Shown here: in pieces, positions 1 through 13,259 of the stretch | How the letters are laid out: every line of letters begins with the position of its first letter | Position numbering within the stretch: the stretch's first letter is position 1 | Origin: the human T2T-CHM13v2.0 reference genome, Homo sapiens | Assembly (NCBI RefSeq): GCF_009914755.1 | Contig: NC_060936.1 | Length of the DNA: 64,000 bases | Direction: 5' to 3' (one strand) | Notes under the pieces: generated by a model | Databases searched by the model: none | Told to the model about the DNA's origin: nothing | What the model saw: only the letters and a program-made list of their open reading frames with translations | Program-made: the position numbers and the translations under genes

Positions 1-681
1 CTGTCTACATGGCGATAGCTCCAGATCACACAGGTTGAGGGCTCAGTCCCACAACTGTCCTCCACTCCCAATGATGCCAGCCACAAGCCCCAGGTTGTTT
101 TACCCATGCTTCTGACTGATCAGCTCTAAGTTGGGGTTCCCACGATCCCCTGTTTGGATCAGACTAATTTACTAGAGAGGCTCACAGAGCTCAAGGAAAC
201 ACTGATGTTTACTAGTTTATTATAAAGGATATTACAAAGGATACAAATAAAGAGATGCATAGGGCAAGGAAAGGGGGGAGGGTCGCAGATCCCCCCCCAC
301 CCTCCCCAACCCACCATCCTCCAAGAACATCCTTGTGTTCAGCTATCCGGAAGCTCCCTGAACACTGTCCTTTTGGGTTTTTATGGAGGCTTCATTACTA
401 GGCATGATTGATTAAATTATTGGCCATGGGTGACCAGCTTCACAGCCCCCCTCCCCTTCGTGGAGGTTAGGAGGTAGGGCTCAGATTTCCAGCCCTCTAA
501 TCTTGCCTTGGTCTTTCTGGTGACCAGCCCCCATCCTGAAGCTGCCTAGGGGCTGCCAACCATTGATGATAACTCATTAGTATACAAAAAGACATCACCT
601 TGTAGAGACTCTTAAGTATTTTAGGAGTTGTAAGCCAGAAAATGAGGTCAAAGACCAAATATATATTTCACAGTATCACTA
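1..681. mobile_element. ERV LTR, MER21-like
   Basis: Motifs such as gatcacacaggttgagggctcagtcccaca and tttattataaaggatattacaaaggatac recall the MER21 consensus; by-eye call. Confidence 0.65.
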
Positions 682-1256
682 CATATTTTAAGACCCAGGA
701 AAAGTTTAGTTTCTTTGCATTTTTAAAATAAACTATTTCATTCTCTTCCTATACTGAGGTAGCTTAACTGATCTACTGTCAATTTTAAACTGGTTAGAAG
801 CTGTTTAACTTCTGTAGACTTGTATTTCTACCAAGAAAGAATGAGACATACTGTGAGGATCAGTATCTGGCAGGTAGTCTCTTAGTGTTAACTAAATGTT
901 TTGACCCTTAGTACTTACTTAGTAAATGATAGCTATTATTATTTTCATGGTTCTACACATATGGTCTCAACAGCCCCTTTCTTTTTATCAGTTTCACCCC
1001 ACACAACTCATAGTTGGAGAAATCTTCAGCAGTTGAGCTAACTCATAATCTGAGTTATATATAGCTAGGCCTCATGTACTTGTCACATTTTTACCAACAA
1101 TCACAAAATTTTTAATTAAGTTTGTAGTTATTTCTAAGTTTGAAGACCCTCAATTATTCAGAATTTTAACAGGATACTTTCTTTTTCCTTGGTTAGCAAT
1201 TATTTTGAAAATAGAAAATGTGTAAATATTAAGAACCTTTTTTTTCCCTCTCCCAG

Positions 1257-1338
1257 GGGCTTCTTTCCTGTCGTTGTTGGCTTTATTAGAAGAGTGCCAG
1301 TCCTTGGATCCCTCCTAAATTTACCTGGAATTAGATCA
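1257..1338 (+). CDS. GOLT1B: GOLT1B penultimate coding exon (Got1 family vesicle transport protein)
   Basis: Polypyrimidine tract with AG at 1255-1256 and GTAAGT donor at 1339. Encodes (R)GFFPVVVGFIRRVPVLGSLLNLPGIRS, matching the GOT1B C-terminal region. Confidence 0.96.
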
Positions 1339-1752
1339 GTAAGTAATCATGTATATTTTAGGCCAACAAAATACGTATTTTGATGCTTTTTACTTCTAGA
1401 AATTTGAGTAATTGATACTTGGTTAATTGCTGAGTTTTGTATTATGATATAGTTACTTCACATAGATCATGAGTACCATGAAGACCAAAAAATAATTATT
1501 GCTAAACCTATAAAATGTGAAATTTTGTTTTACCGTATCCATTTCTGGATCCATATTCTCTATTTTTTAATGTTACTCAGATTTGATATGCTATGCTACC
1601 TTTCTCTTTGAGAGTTCAGGGCATTTTTTATTTAACTTTTATATAATCTCTAATTTTAGAAGCAATAATGTAAAAAGGAAACCATTATTTCCTACAAATA
1701 TTTTGTTTCTCAGACTGTATCACCAATAGACTAGATTCAGACAATTAAATAA

Positions 1753-2051
1753 GGCCGGGTGTGGTGGCTCACACCCTGCACTTTGGGAGGCTGAGGTGGG
1801 TGAATTGCTTGAGCCTAGGAGTTCGAGACCAGCCTGGGCAACATGGTGAAACCCCATCTCTACCCCCGCAAATACAAAAATTAGCTGGGTGTGATGGTAT
1901 GCCTGTAGTCCCAGCTACTCGAGAGACTGAGGTGAGAGGATTGGCTTGGGCCTAGGGGGTCAAGGCTGCAGTGAGCCATGATTGTGCCACTGCACTTTAG
2001 CCTGGGTGGGTGACACAGTAAGACCCTGTCTCAAAAAAAAAAAAAAAAAAA
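1753..2051 (+). mobile_element. Alu (old, AluJ-like)
   Basis: GGCCGGGTGTGGTGGCTCAC start, dimeric body and A-tail. Confidence 0.95.
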
Positions 2052-2454
2052 GAGTTGAATAAAGCACTATTATACTGGGATTCAGATGGTAAGAGTCTAT
2101 TCCCAGCTCTGTTTACAGTTTGAACAAGCTTGTCAAATTTGTTTTCCAGTGTGTGCCTTGGTTTCCACCTTGATAAAATAAAGGGAATCAAATCAGACAA
2201 GAGTTAAAGAGAATGTTTTCAAAGTTAACAAATAGAGTTTCTTCCTTTTATTCAATATTCATTCAACAAATGTTTCGTACTAAACTGCTACCTTGAAGGT
2301 TGTAACATCTTTTGGTGGAGTCTTAGAAGGCCATTCAGAATTCAGCTTATTTTTTGCCACCTTGGGAAAAGCTTTCCTGACTCCCTGTGGCTGACTCGGG
2401 GTGTGCTTCTATAACATTCCTGTGCACAACTCTATCATAGCATTTACCTCTGTT

Positions 2455-2571
2455 TTTTTCTTTGTTTTTGTTTTTTCTTAGAGAGAGTCTCAAACTCTTG
2501 GGCTCAAGCAATGCCCCCACCTCAGCCTCCCAAAGTGCTGGGATTACAGGTGTGAGCCACCACACCCAGCC
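2455..2571 (-). mobile_element. Alu left-monomer fragment
   Basis: cctcccaaagtgctgggattacaggtgtgagccacc. Confidence 0.9.
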
Positions 2572-2608
2572 TTACCTCTCATTTAATTGTCAAAAAAAAA
2601 AGGCTTCA

Positions 2609-2775
2609 GGCCATGCATGGTGGTTCACTCCTGTAATTCCAGCACTTTGGGAGGCCAAGGTGGAAGGATTGCTTGAACCAGGAGATCAAGGCTGTGTTAA
2701 GCGATGCTCACACCGCCACACTATAGCCTGGGCAATAGGGCAAAACCTTGTCTCAAACAAAAAAGAAAAAAGAGA
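2609..2775 (+). mobile_element. Alu monomer or internally deleted Alu
   Basis: ggccatgcatggtggttcactcctgtaattccagcactttggg followed by an A-rich tail. Confidence 0.85.
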
Positions 2776-4627
2776 AAGGAAAGGAGAAAGGGAGGCACTT
2801 CCATGTAAAACTACAGTCCTTGAGGGCAGAGACAGGTTGTATTTTAGTCATTGTTCTATCCCCAGTGACCCAGCATAATATCTGCCGTATAATGGAAACT
2901 CAAAATATTTTCTGCTAAGCAAGTGAGTGAAGGATGGCATTTTGTTGACCTCAGGGAACTTGCTCAATTTCAAGACAAGACCAGATGACTGTCTCTTAGC
3001 CTACCTCCTCAGTTTCAAAACTAAACAAAATCCTTAATTTCTAAAAGAATCTAGGTGATCTAGAATTCAGCTGAGTTGGCTACAATCCTTTTGGCTCTAG
3101 GTCAGACCCATATCAGAAGTATTCATATCCTTCTTTGGATTGGTTTCATAGATCCAACTCTGTCCTAAATAACTAGGATAAACTAGCTTTATAGGAAAAC
3201 TTAAAAGACTACAAGTTCCAGTTAGGTTCAGGGAAGTTAATCAACTTTCTAAAGTTGTTCACAGATTTTTATAGATGTTTCTAGAGAGAAAGTTCATAGC
3301 ATTTTATTGAATGCTCAAAGAGCTAAAGAATGGCTTACCTATGGAAGAATAAGTACCACTATAAGCCTAATCCCATTTCCATCCCCAGGGTAATTTTAGG
3401 GTCAGAACCTTACAGCCAAGACAATCTAAATATTTCAAGTTACCTTTGGAGAGAGAATATTGTGCTTTCTCTCCACTTAAATTTACCTTAAAATTCTAAT
3501 AAATCCATGAATTCTTTGAGAGCAACTTTTAGTTTCAGTGGCCAGCCACCTGTTTGTGATAATATAACAAAATGTTGGAATGTAGGCTTATAGGGGTATA
3601 CTCTGATTTCATTTGCATTAATCTGCAAATTCATACAGTGGTCAGTGTTATTTATACCTAGAATGGCTTTTGAATGTACTGAAACTTCTAGTTACAGAGT
3701 TGTAATCATTATTTGTGCCCTTAATTTAAGGATTCTCAAGAATTTGCATAAATGGACACCCAATACAATAGAATATGTTTCTTATCGTTATTCATCATGA
3801 TAAGTGCTTATGTAAACATGTGAATCGTGAAATAAAATAAATGATCAGATGATTACTAGAATTTGATAGTATAACCACCTGGGTTATATAACTTTTAATG
3901 TCTCTACCAATTATATACAATATCAGTCTTTACATCACCATCTGGAATGTTAAAAAAAAAAAAAAAGCCCAACTGCTTTATGTTTGGGGTGGAGTAACCA
4001 AAGTAAATAACCACTTACAGTAATGTGTGTTAAAATTTATATTCAATAATTATAAATTTATGCTTACATCATTAAATCTATCTTTAATGTCATTACCACT
4101 TTCAATCCAAAGTCCAGAATACACATTTAAAGTATTTTTAGTCAATAACTGTTGTTAACTATTGAACTTAATGGAGTTAAATCTGTTTGTCCAAAGACTA
4201 CATAGGCCCAGAAGAGATCCACAGTAATGGTCAGTTGAAATATCTTATTGGGTTCATTAATGCATGAATGGCTGACATTTCAGTTTTTTTTATGTTTTTA
4301 TTTTTTATTTTTTGTTAAGCTAGCAGTGTTATCTTCATCTTATACAATTTCTTTATTCATTGTGTTGCATTTTTCATGTTGCACCCTTAAATTCATATGT
4401 ATAACATGTCATGCAAAAAACAACTTTTAGAAAAAAAAATTTTATACACGTTTATGTATCAGAAGATGATGGTGAGTAGTACTGGATTAGTCATTGTCAG
4501 TCATACCTTAAATTTCCACAACTCTTCTTGTAAGGCTGGGTTTTTAAAATCAACATTTTAAATATTGATATAATGTTTTATAATGTTCCGGGCTTTCTTT
4601 AATTCTCTGTTTTTCTTCTCCTTACAG

Positions 4628-4666
4628 TTTGTAGATAAAGTTGGAGAAAGCAACAATATGGTATAA
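4628..4666 (+). CDS. GOLT1B: GOLT1B last coding exon
   Basis: Acceptor ttttcttctccttacag; FVDKVGESNNMV then TAA; in phase 0 with the preceding exon. Confidence 0.96.
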   Translation, partial: FVDKVGESNNMV

Positions 4667-7120
4667 CAACAAGTGAATTTGAAGACTCATTTAAAATATT
4701 GTGTTATTTATAAAGTCATTTGAAGAATATTCAGCACAAAATTAAATTACATGAAATAGCTTGTAATGTTCTTTACAGGAGTTTAAAACGTATAGCCTAC
4801 AAAGTACCAGCAGCAAATTAGCAAAGAAGCAGTGAAAACAGGCTTCTACTCAAGTGAACTAAGAAGAAGTCAGCAAGCAAACTGAGAGAGGTGAAATCCA
4901 TGTTAATGATGCTTAAGAAACTCTTGAAGGCTATTTGTGTTGTTTTTCCACAATGTGCGAAACTCAGCCATCCTTAGAGAACTGTGGTGCCTGTTTCTTT
5001 TCTTTTTATTTTGAAGGCTCAGGAGCATCCATAGGCATTTGCTTTTTAGAAATGTCCACTGCAATGGCAAAAATATTTCCAGTTGCACTGTATCTCTGGA
5101 AGTGATGCATGAATTCGATTGGATTGTGTCATTTTAAAGTATTAAAACCAAGGAAACCCCAATTTTGATGTATGGATTACTTTTTTTTGTAAACATGGTT
5201 AAAATAAAACTTTTGTGGTTCTTCTGAATCTTAATATTTCAAAGCCAGGTGAAAATCTGAACTAGATATTCTTTGTTGGAATATGCAAAGGTCATTCTTT
5301 ACTAACTTTTAGTTACTAAATTATAGCTAAGTTTTGTCAGCAGCATACTCCGGAAAGTCTCATACTTCTTGGGAGTCTGCCCTCCTAAGTATCTGTCTAT
5401 ATCATTCATTACGTGTAAGTATTTAACAAAAAAGCATTCTTGACCATGAATGAAGTAGTTTGTTTCATAGCTTGTCTCATTGAATAGTATTATTGAAGAT
5501 ACTAAATGATGCAAACCAAATGGATTTTTTCCATGTCATGATGTAATTTTTCTTTCTTCTTTCTTTTTTTTAAATTTTAGCAGTGGCTTATTATTTGTTT
5601 TTCATAAATTAAAATAACTTTTGATAATGTTTACTTTAAGACATGTAACATGTTAAAAGGTTAAACTTATGGCTGTTTTTAAAGGGCTATTCATTTAATC
5701 TGAGTTTTCCCTTATTTTCAGCTTTTTCCTAGCATATAATAGTCATTAAGCATGACATATCCTTCATATGATCACTCATCTTGAGTTAATTAGAAAATAC
5801 CTGAGTTCACGTGCTAAAGTCATTTCACTGTAATAAACTGACTATGGTTTCTTAAGAACATGACACTAAAAAAAAAGTGGTTTTTTTCCACCGTTGCTGA
5901 TTATTAGACAGTAGGAAATAGCTGTTTTCTTTAGTTTTACAAGATGTGACAGCTTTAGTGGTAGATGTAGGGAAACATTTCAACAGCCATAGTACTATTT
6001 GTTTTACCACTGATTGCACTGTTTTGTTTTTTTAACAGTTGCAAAGCTTTTTAATGCATAAAAGTATAATTGAAATCTGTGGTATTTATTTACAAACATG
6101 TCTACAAAAATAGATTACAGCTTATTTTATTTTTAGTTAAATCTCTTAATACACAGAGAACTCCCAATCTTGCTCATCTAAATAAGGAAAGACTTGGTGT
6201 ATAGTGTGATGGTTTAGTCTTAAGGATTAAGACATTTTTGGTACTTGCATTTGACTTACGATGTATCTGTGAAAATGGGATGATATTGACAAATGGAGAC
6301 TCCTACCTCAATAGTTAATGGAATAATAAGAGGCTACTGTTGTGTCTAATGTTCTTCAAAAAAGTAATATCCTCACTTGGAGAGTGTCAAATACATACTT
6401 TGAGGATTGACTTTATATAAGGTGCCCTGTAGAAATCTGTTACACATATTTTTGACCCATATTATTTACAATGTCTTGATAATTCTACCTTTTTAGAGCA
6501 AGAATAGTATCTGCTAATGTAAGGGACATCTGTATTTAACTCCTTTGTAGACATGAATTTCTATCAAAATGTTCTTTGCACTGTAACAGAGATTCCTTTT
6601 TTCAATAATCTTAATTCAAAAGCATTATTAGACTTGAAAGGGTTTGATAATCTCCCAGTCCTTAGTAAAGATTGAGAGAGGCTGGAGCAGTTTTCAGTTT
6701 TAAATGAGTCTGCAGTTAATATCAAATGTGAGTTTGGGACTGCCTGGCAACATTTATATTTCTTATTCAGAACCCTTGATGAGACTATTTTTAAACATAC
6801 TAGTCTGCTGATAGAAAGCACTATACATCCTATTGTTTCTTTCTTTCCAAAATCAGCCTTCTGTCTGTAACAAAAATGTACTTTATAGAGATGGAGGAAA
6901 AGGTCTAATACTACATAGCCTTAAGTGTTTCTGTCATTGTTCAAGTGTATTTTCTGTAACAGAAACATATTTGGAATGTTTTTCTTTTCCCCTTATAAAT
7001 TGTAATTCCTGAAATACTGCTGCTTTAAAAAGTCCCACTGTCAGATTATATTATCTAACAATTGAATATTGTAAATATACTTGTCTTACCTCTCAATAAA
7101 AGGGTACTTTTCTATTAATT
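4667..7120 (+). other. GOLT1B: GOLT1B 3'UTR (~2.45 kb) with proximal (5203-5208) and distal (7095-7100) AATAAA
   Basis: Repeat-free AT-rich tract after the stop codon. AATAAA hexamers are followed by GT/T-rich sequence. The cleavage site is inferred. Confidence 0.75.
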
Positions 7121-7614
7121 GGTGGTCAAGTATATCTGTGTTATGAAGTTCTAAAAGCTAATTTAGCATTGCAAAATAACCTCATTTTTAAAAAATTAGC
7201 CTTATATGCAGTGTTCTATTTATCAAATGATCTTCACATCTTTCATTTCCAAATTGTTGAAATGTACTAATGAATACAAATAGACTTCAAGTAAGCAAAA
7301 ATGTTCTTAATTTTGAAAACTGTAAAATAAAGTCACTTACCTTGGGCAATATGCTATTTTTTAAAAATCAGACTCCCAGTTTGTATATTATGTTATTCAA
7401 TAGACATTTTCTGAGTACCCCTTGAATACTAAAAGTCCTGTGTTGAATGTGGGAGACCCAGGAGAACAAGATATGTGCCATCTGCTCATTAAGTGCTTAG
7501 AATGTTAACATTGCTTTTAAATTCTTAGCCGTATTTCCACATAACTTGTCCTGACTTACACTGCAAACAAATGGTGGTAGAAGAATTTGCGGTCGAAACA
7601 CCCCAACCTCTTAT

Positions 7615-7696
7615 TTTTCTCCCAGTCAAGAGTTACTAGAACTATTCAACCTTCAGCTGTGTTGAATAGTTTTAGTAACTCTTGACTGGGAGAAAA
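7615..7696. repeat. 36-bp inverted repeat with a 10-nt spacer
   Basis: Arms 7615-7650 and 7661-7696 are reverse complements at 35/36 positions. Confidence 0.97.
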
Positions 7697-8686
7697 GCTG
7701 TGTGATTGGTTCGCATTTTCAAAAGATGTCTGGAGGAAAAAAAATAATACCAGCTTTAACTCTGGGAGGTTTGTTTTGAGATGTAATTTCTTTTGCAAGT
7801 CTGTATATGTATTCAACTTAATGTAGCGTATGTTTTTGGTTTCTTTGTGGCAGGGGGAAGAGAATTGTTTTTAATGTAGGCCTAGGGATTTAGAACTGTC
7901 ACTGCTATTTGTGTTGTCTGGAAGCCTGCCACCAAATCTGTATTGCCACAGGCAGTTGGGGTAGTTTTCTGAAAGCTGCTATGATTGCTACCATTAATTG
8001 CAAAGTTTAAAAAGCGGTGAGGGAATTTAGAAATTAGAGGAGAAATACTTATATATTTTTTCTCAGGATGGAAAGGATCTTAAGTTTTTCTCACCTAAAT
8101 AAGACCACAACACCTACATTGTTTTAACTGTAAATTTTATTAAGGCCGAAAAAAAACACTGGCCAAGTCTACCACTTAACATACCCAGTAAGTATTTGTT
8201 GAATTCACTAATTAAGCTGCAAATCCAGACTATTGTTGGGTAAACGGGAAGTCTTGAATCTGTTATTAAATATCCAGCATATTTCTCTAATCTTGACCTG
8301 AGCCAAAAGGCCCCAACCTCAGTTCTTCTGTTACCTGTATCCATGTAGGAGATTGGACACTAGCAGCATGCCCAAAATTCTTCATTGACTAACATGCGTT
8401 TCCATGACCTTAGCTTTACTCAATTCTCAAGGCCTGATTAAAATGTCACTGCTGTCATATCTTTCCTTACCAGCTAGGCCCAAACAGTTGCTCCTTCCCT
8501 GTCCTCTCATACAACTTTCCACTTGCTTTGTATTGATTTGGTTATGGAAAAGATTCTTGAGGTTCGAAATCTCCTCTTTGATTTGTATCTCCAGTTCCTG
8601 GCATTTAGTGGGTGCCCAGTAAGTGGTTTAATGAGTGAAAGTTCATTCTTCCAGCTCTTCTGGTGCTGGCCCCACTGATCACTTCT

Positions 8687-8989
<303 letters not shown>

Positions 8990-11865
8990 TGATCACTTCT
9001 AATATATTGAAATCAGCCTCTATCAGCCGTAAAGTTAAATCTAATGATCTGGCCCCCGCTGAAGTCCACCTTTCTACTTCACATTCCTTAGGACTTTACT
9101 GTACCCAGTAGCTCGTCAACGGAGAGAGGGATCATAGATAAAAGAAAGACCATGCCTCCAGATTGGCTGCCCTTCTTCACAAAAAAGGGAGGCCGCTGGG
9201 GAAACCAGAAGCTACTCCTAAAGTTTTGAGGCTGGTGTGAATCACTGATACTCAGTTTTCCTTTCTTTCCAATAGGAAATGACGAGTTTCTTGGGTTTTG
9301 TTGGTCACTGGAGCTGGTATTACAAAGTAAAATTATCCCAAAGAGAAAATGAAATTTATTCCTTAAGTGACAAAAGCCAGAAATAATACCCTATGACAAG
9401 AGGGATCACTTGCACGATGGTCTTTTACATATATGAATTAATACTGATAATAATGGGTAATTGAATCCCTGAAGAAGACTCGTCTGATGTGATGTGATCC
9501 CATGAGGTGACTATGAGTTCTGTGGCGGTATAAAGACCAGTCTTGGTGCTAAAACACTAACTCTACCATTTAGTGTCATGTCAAGTCAAACTCTATGAGT
9601 ATGCTCTTAAGTGAAATTCAGGATCTACTGCATGAATTTGGTGTGAAAAATGAATGTAACAATGGGTGTCAAAGGGCTTTCTCAAATTTAAAGTGTTGTG
9701 AAAATAACATGTGTTATTGTCCTGAGAGTATTTCTGGCCCAGTGATATAGATTAGAAGTAGGACAACTAACTATCCCATCTTCCTATTGATCACACCTGG
9801 CAACAGCTGGTATTCAACCTAATTCACATTGTAGGATTATGGGATCATTCTTCACATTTCTGAGCTACCAGTGTTTATATGGCTCAACATTTCCAAAATG
9901 TTGAGTATTAGTGTTTTGTTGTTTGCATCTTGATCCAAGACCTTTTTGCTATATTTGTCCTCTGTCTTTGTGCTGCTCCTACGTAGCATACACCATTAGC
10001 AGCCATGTCTTATGAATTATCCTGTAGTAATGGTGGGTGTATATTAATTCATATGCACTATTCTGTCATTTTGGAAATGAATGGTAAAACATTTTAATCC
10101 AGAAGTTAGTATGAAATTGGTGAACTTGAGTCTTCCCTGCTTCACTTTTATCTACCCCAACTCCCCCTAAACAGTACTTATCTTAACTCTCCTCAGAAAA
10201 CCAATATCTTCATATTTTCTCCTCCTTCTCCCTATCTGCAGTTCTGGAGAAAGGATCTGAAACAGTCTGTAAACAAAGAATTGCAATATTATCTGCTTCA
10301 GGGTGTGAGCTCATCGGGAATTAACGTGTTAAGTAAAAGGAAACCCAGGTTAAGACATTGGCCAATTAATGGGAAGTTTTATTTTGGATAGCAGGCCTTC
10401 TTAATGCCCCTAAAGCCCCTCCTAAAACTGGTAACCCTTTGGGGAAATGACTTCTTTCATCTGATGATGAGACAGCTGGCCTAAGGGGCTGAATACAAGC
10501 CCCACAGAAGATTGAACCCATATCTTTATTCATGTTATCCAACCCAAATTCTCTCTATGCTGTCATCAAAAAGTAATTTAGGCATTTTGTACCATAATAG
10601 CCATATTGTCCAGATAACCTTATCCAAGACAGCAGCTGTTTTCCTTGTGAACACAATAATCACTGACCTTGAAAGAATGTCATTTAAACAGTGACAGGTG
10701 ATCACTGGTTAAATAGGTTCTGGGCACTCTACAGTCGACTACAAGAATCCAGGTAACAGTGATGAATTCAAAACAGTCTTCATTGAATGTGCCTTTAAAA
10801 AAGGCTTAAAAGACCATTTGTTCAACATCTACTGCTTGCTCATACTGTCAGGAGAATAAAATTCAAGGGCTTTACCTATCTTGGATTTTTGTTGTTGTGT
10901 GTTTTGTTTTGTTTTATACCAAATATTGTAACTTAACCCATGTCTTGTTTTGGACCTGTAAAAACCCTAAAAGCTTTGTGATTTAACAAAAACATTCTGT
11001 TGGGGTTCAGTGCCCTTTGGAAATCCTTTTAGAAGTAACACATTCTAGCATGTTACTCTTGATAAGACTGCAATATTGATAATATGTCAAAACCATTCCC
11101 TTCTTTTGTGCACATTAAACTGAAAATGGCAGCTTTGACGTAAGACATCTGCTTGTGAATTCATTAGCTAAACTATTATCAGCAAAGCACATTTATTTAT
11201 TCTTAAAATTGTAAGTTCAAAGCACATTTTATTGGTGATTCATTTTCCTGCTCCTCTTCCCAAAACCTTTGTGTTTTGGGAACAAAAAGGCATTTGACTT
11301 ATTTTTCAGGTAACCTAGTAATCAGGTTTCATGTGTGACTATTTAAAATATAAACACAGCATATTTCACTTCTTTTATCGCTCTTTTTTGAAGGAAATTG
11401 CTACAATCCTTAGAAATGAAAATCCTAAAATCTCACATTTGAAGCATTATTAAAATAGCATCCAGATAACCTTTTAGTCAGTTTTTATCTTTCTCCTCTC
11501 CTACGACAGTAGAAATAGAACATTACACTAATGCCTCTAGTTTTTTCCTGCTTTGCTGTTTTCCTTGAAGACAGTAAATAGTTCTCAAGTTTCTACTCAC
11601 ATACTACTTTCTATATTCCATTCTCATTTACTAACCAAACCTCAGTTTTCCTGTCTGCATATCAGTGTCAAGTCTAAATATCAGTGCCCAAACTCCAATC
11701 TCTTTTCCAAGTATTTGCAGGTAGATAGCATGAGCCTTTTAAACTTCAATCCCAAATGAAACTTACTGGTTCTCTCCTCAGAGTCCCTGCTATTTCTGTC
11801 TAGCCATTCTTCCAGCCACACAAACTCTGAGGTTTAGTTTTCGTCACTTCTTATACCCCTAAATC

Positions 11866-12032
11866 TTTGTTACTCAAAATGTCCAAGGGTCAATAGCATC
11901 TATCACCATCACCTGGGAGTCTATTAGAAATGCAGAATTTCAGGCCCCACTCCAGGTATACTGAATCAGAATCTGCATTTTAACAAATTCTCAGGTGATT
12001 CCCATGCACATTAATACCTGAAAACCACTGCC
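11866..12032. mobile_element. MER5A (hAT-Charlie relic)
   Basis: catcacctgggag...ttagaaatgcagaat...actgaatcagaatctgcattttaacaa. Confidence 0.8.
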
Positions 12033-12048
12033 CTAACTGAGAAGGAAC

Positions 12049-12404
12049 TGCTATGACCTAAATGTTCGTGTCCTACCAAAATTCATATGCTAAAATCCTA
12101 AACCTCAATATGATGGTAGGGCCTTTGGGACATGACTAGGTCATAAGGGTGGAGCCCTCATAAATGGGATTAATGTCCTTATAAAAGCATTCCAAGGAGT
12201 TTGTTTTCCCCTCCCACCCATGTAAGAACACAGCAGAGAAGACAACAGTCTGCAACCCAGGAAAGGGCCCTCACCAGAACCCAACCATGCTGACTGGACT
12301 TTGATCTTGGACTTCCCAGCTTTCAGAGTTGAGTAAGGAATTTCCATTGAGTAAGCTACCCAGTTTGTTGTATTTTGCTATAGCAGCTTGAATGGACTAA
12401 GAGA
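12049..12404 (+). mobile_element. MaLR solo LTR (MLT1A/MST-like)
   Basis: tgctatg...aaaattcatatg start and gcagcttgaatggactaaga end. Confidence 0.85.
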
Positions 12405-13104
12405 GGGACCATCTCTTTCTTTCATGGTAACTTAGTATGTGGTGGATACTCAGGTCCTTGTTCAATATCTGCCTATGTATATAGATCTTTTAACTGAATA
12501 TTGATATACTTGGAATCCTATCCCTCTTGCCTTCTAAGAATTTCCTTTTGCTGTTATATTCCCTTTCTTCTACATCATGAATTTCTCCTTCCCTACTGAT
12601 CATCCCAATCAATATACATGTCTTACAAATTGTTTCTTAGTTGTCACATCAACAGAAACCAATAAACATGGCTGATTTGGGCAAAACAAAGATTTTATTA
12701 AAAGGACACTGCAGCTGGCATCACCACTGCTACAGCACTGGATGCTGGAACTTGCCACTAGCACCGTAGCTAAGACTACTCCAGAAACTCAATCTTACTA
12801 CAACCCCTGCTTCACCCGAGCACTTCTTCCATCCTGGCATGAGATTCCCCATCTAAGCATGCTCATCTGATTGGTGAAGCCCGTGTCATATGCCCACATT
12901 CTCCCTGATAGGGAGGCTAGAAAACTGACTATCTGGCATTTTCAGTTTGTACAATAGAAGAAACACTCTGCCTCCCAAAAAGATTCATAATTTCATAATT
13001 CATAATTCAGGGAATTTTAGGAATTTCCTAGAAATGAAAGGTTTCCCAAAAAGTATAACAAATCTTCTATCTTATCTTTAAAAAAAAAAAAAAAAAGATT
13101 TCAC

Positions 13105-13215
13105 AGGCCAAGCATGCCTATAATCCCAGAGGTTTGGGAGGCTGACATGGGAGGACCAGTTGAGGACAGGAGTTTCAGCCCAGCCTGAACAACATAGTGA
13201 GACCCTGTCTTTAAA
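13105..13215 (+). mobile_element. Alu monomer (FLAM-like)
   Basis: cctataatcccag...tttgggaggctgacatgggagga...gtgagaccctgtct. Confidence 0.8.
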
Positions 13216-13259
13216 ATAACAATAACAATAATAATAACAGTAAAAAAAATTCTCATTTT

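Noticed and set aside
10432-10450. aaccctttggggaaatga (NPLGK*) as a deleted Kiss2 NPFGLRFGKR
   Set aside because: It requires an ad hoc internal deletion, and the upstream SKFNF and cysteine motifs are absent.
11738-11759. LNFNPK at the end of ORF 11553-11759 as a KISS2 (FNFNPFGLRF) remnant, since kiss2 is syntenic with this region in non-mammals
   Set aside because: Only NFNP matches; there is no FGLRF-G-basic continuation and no exon context. I found no Kiss2 decapeptide by eye in the GOLT1B-SPX interval.
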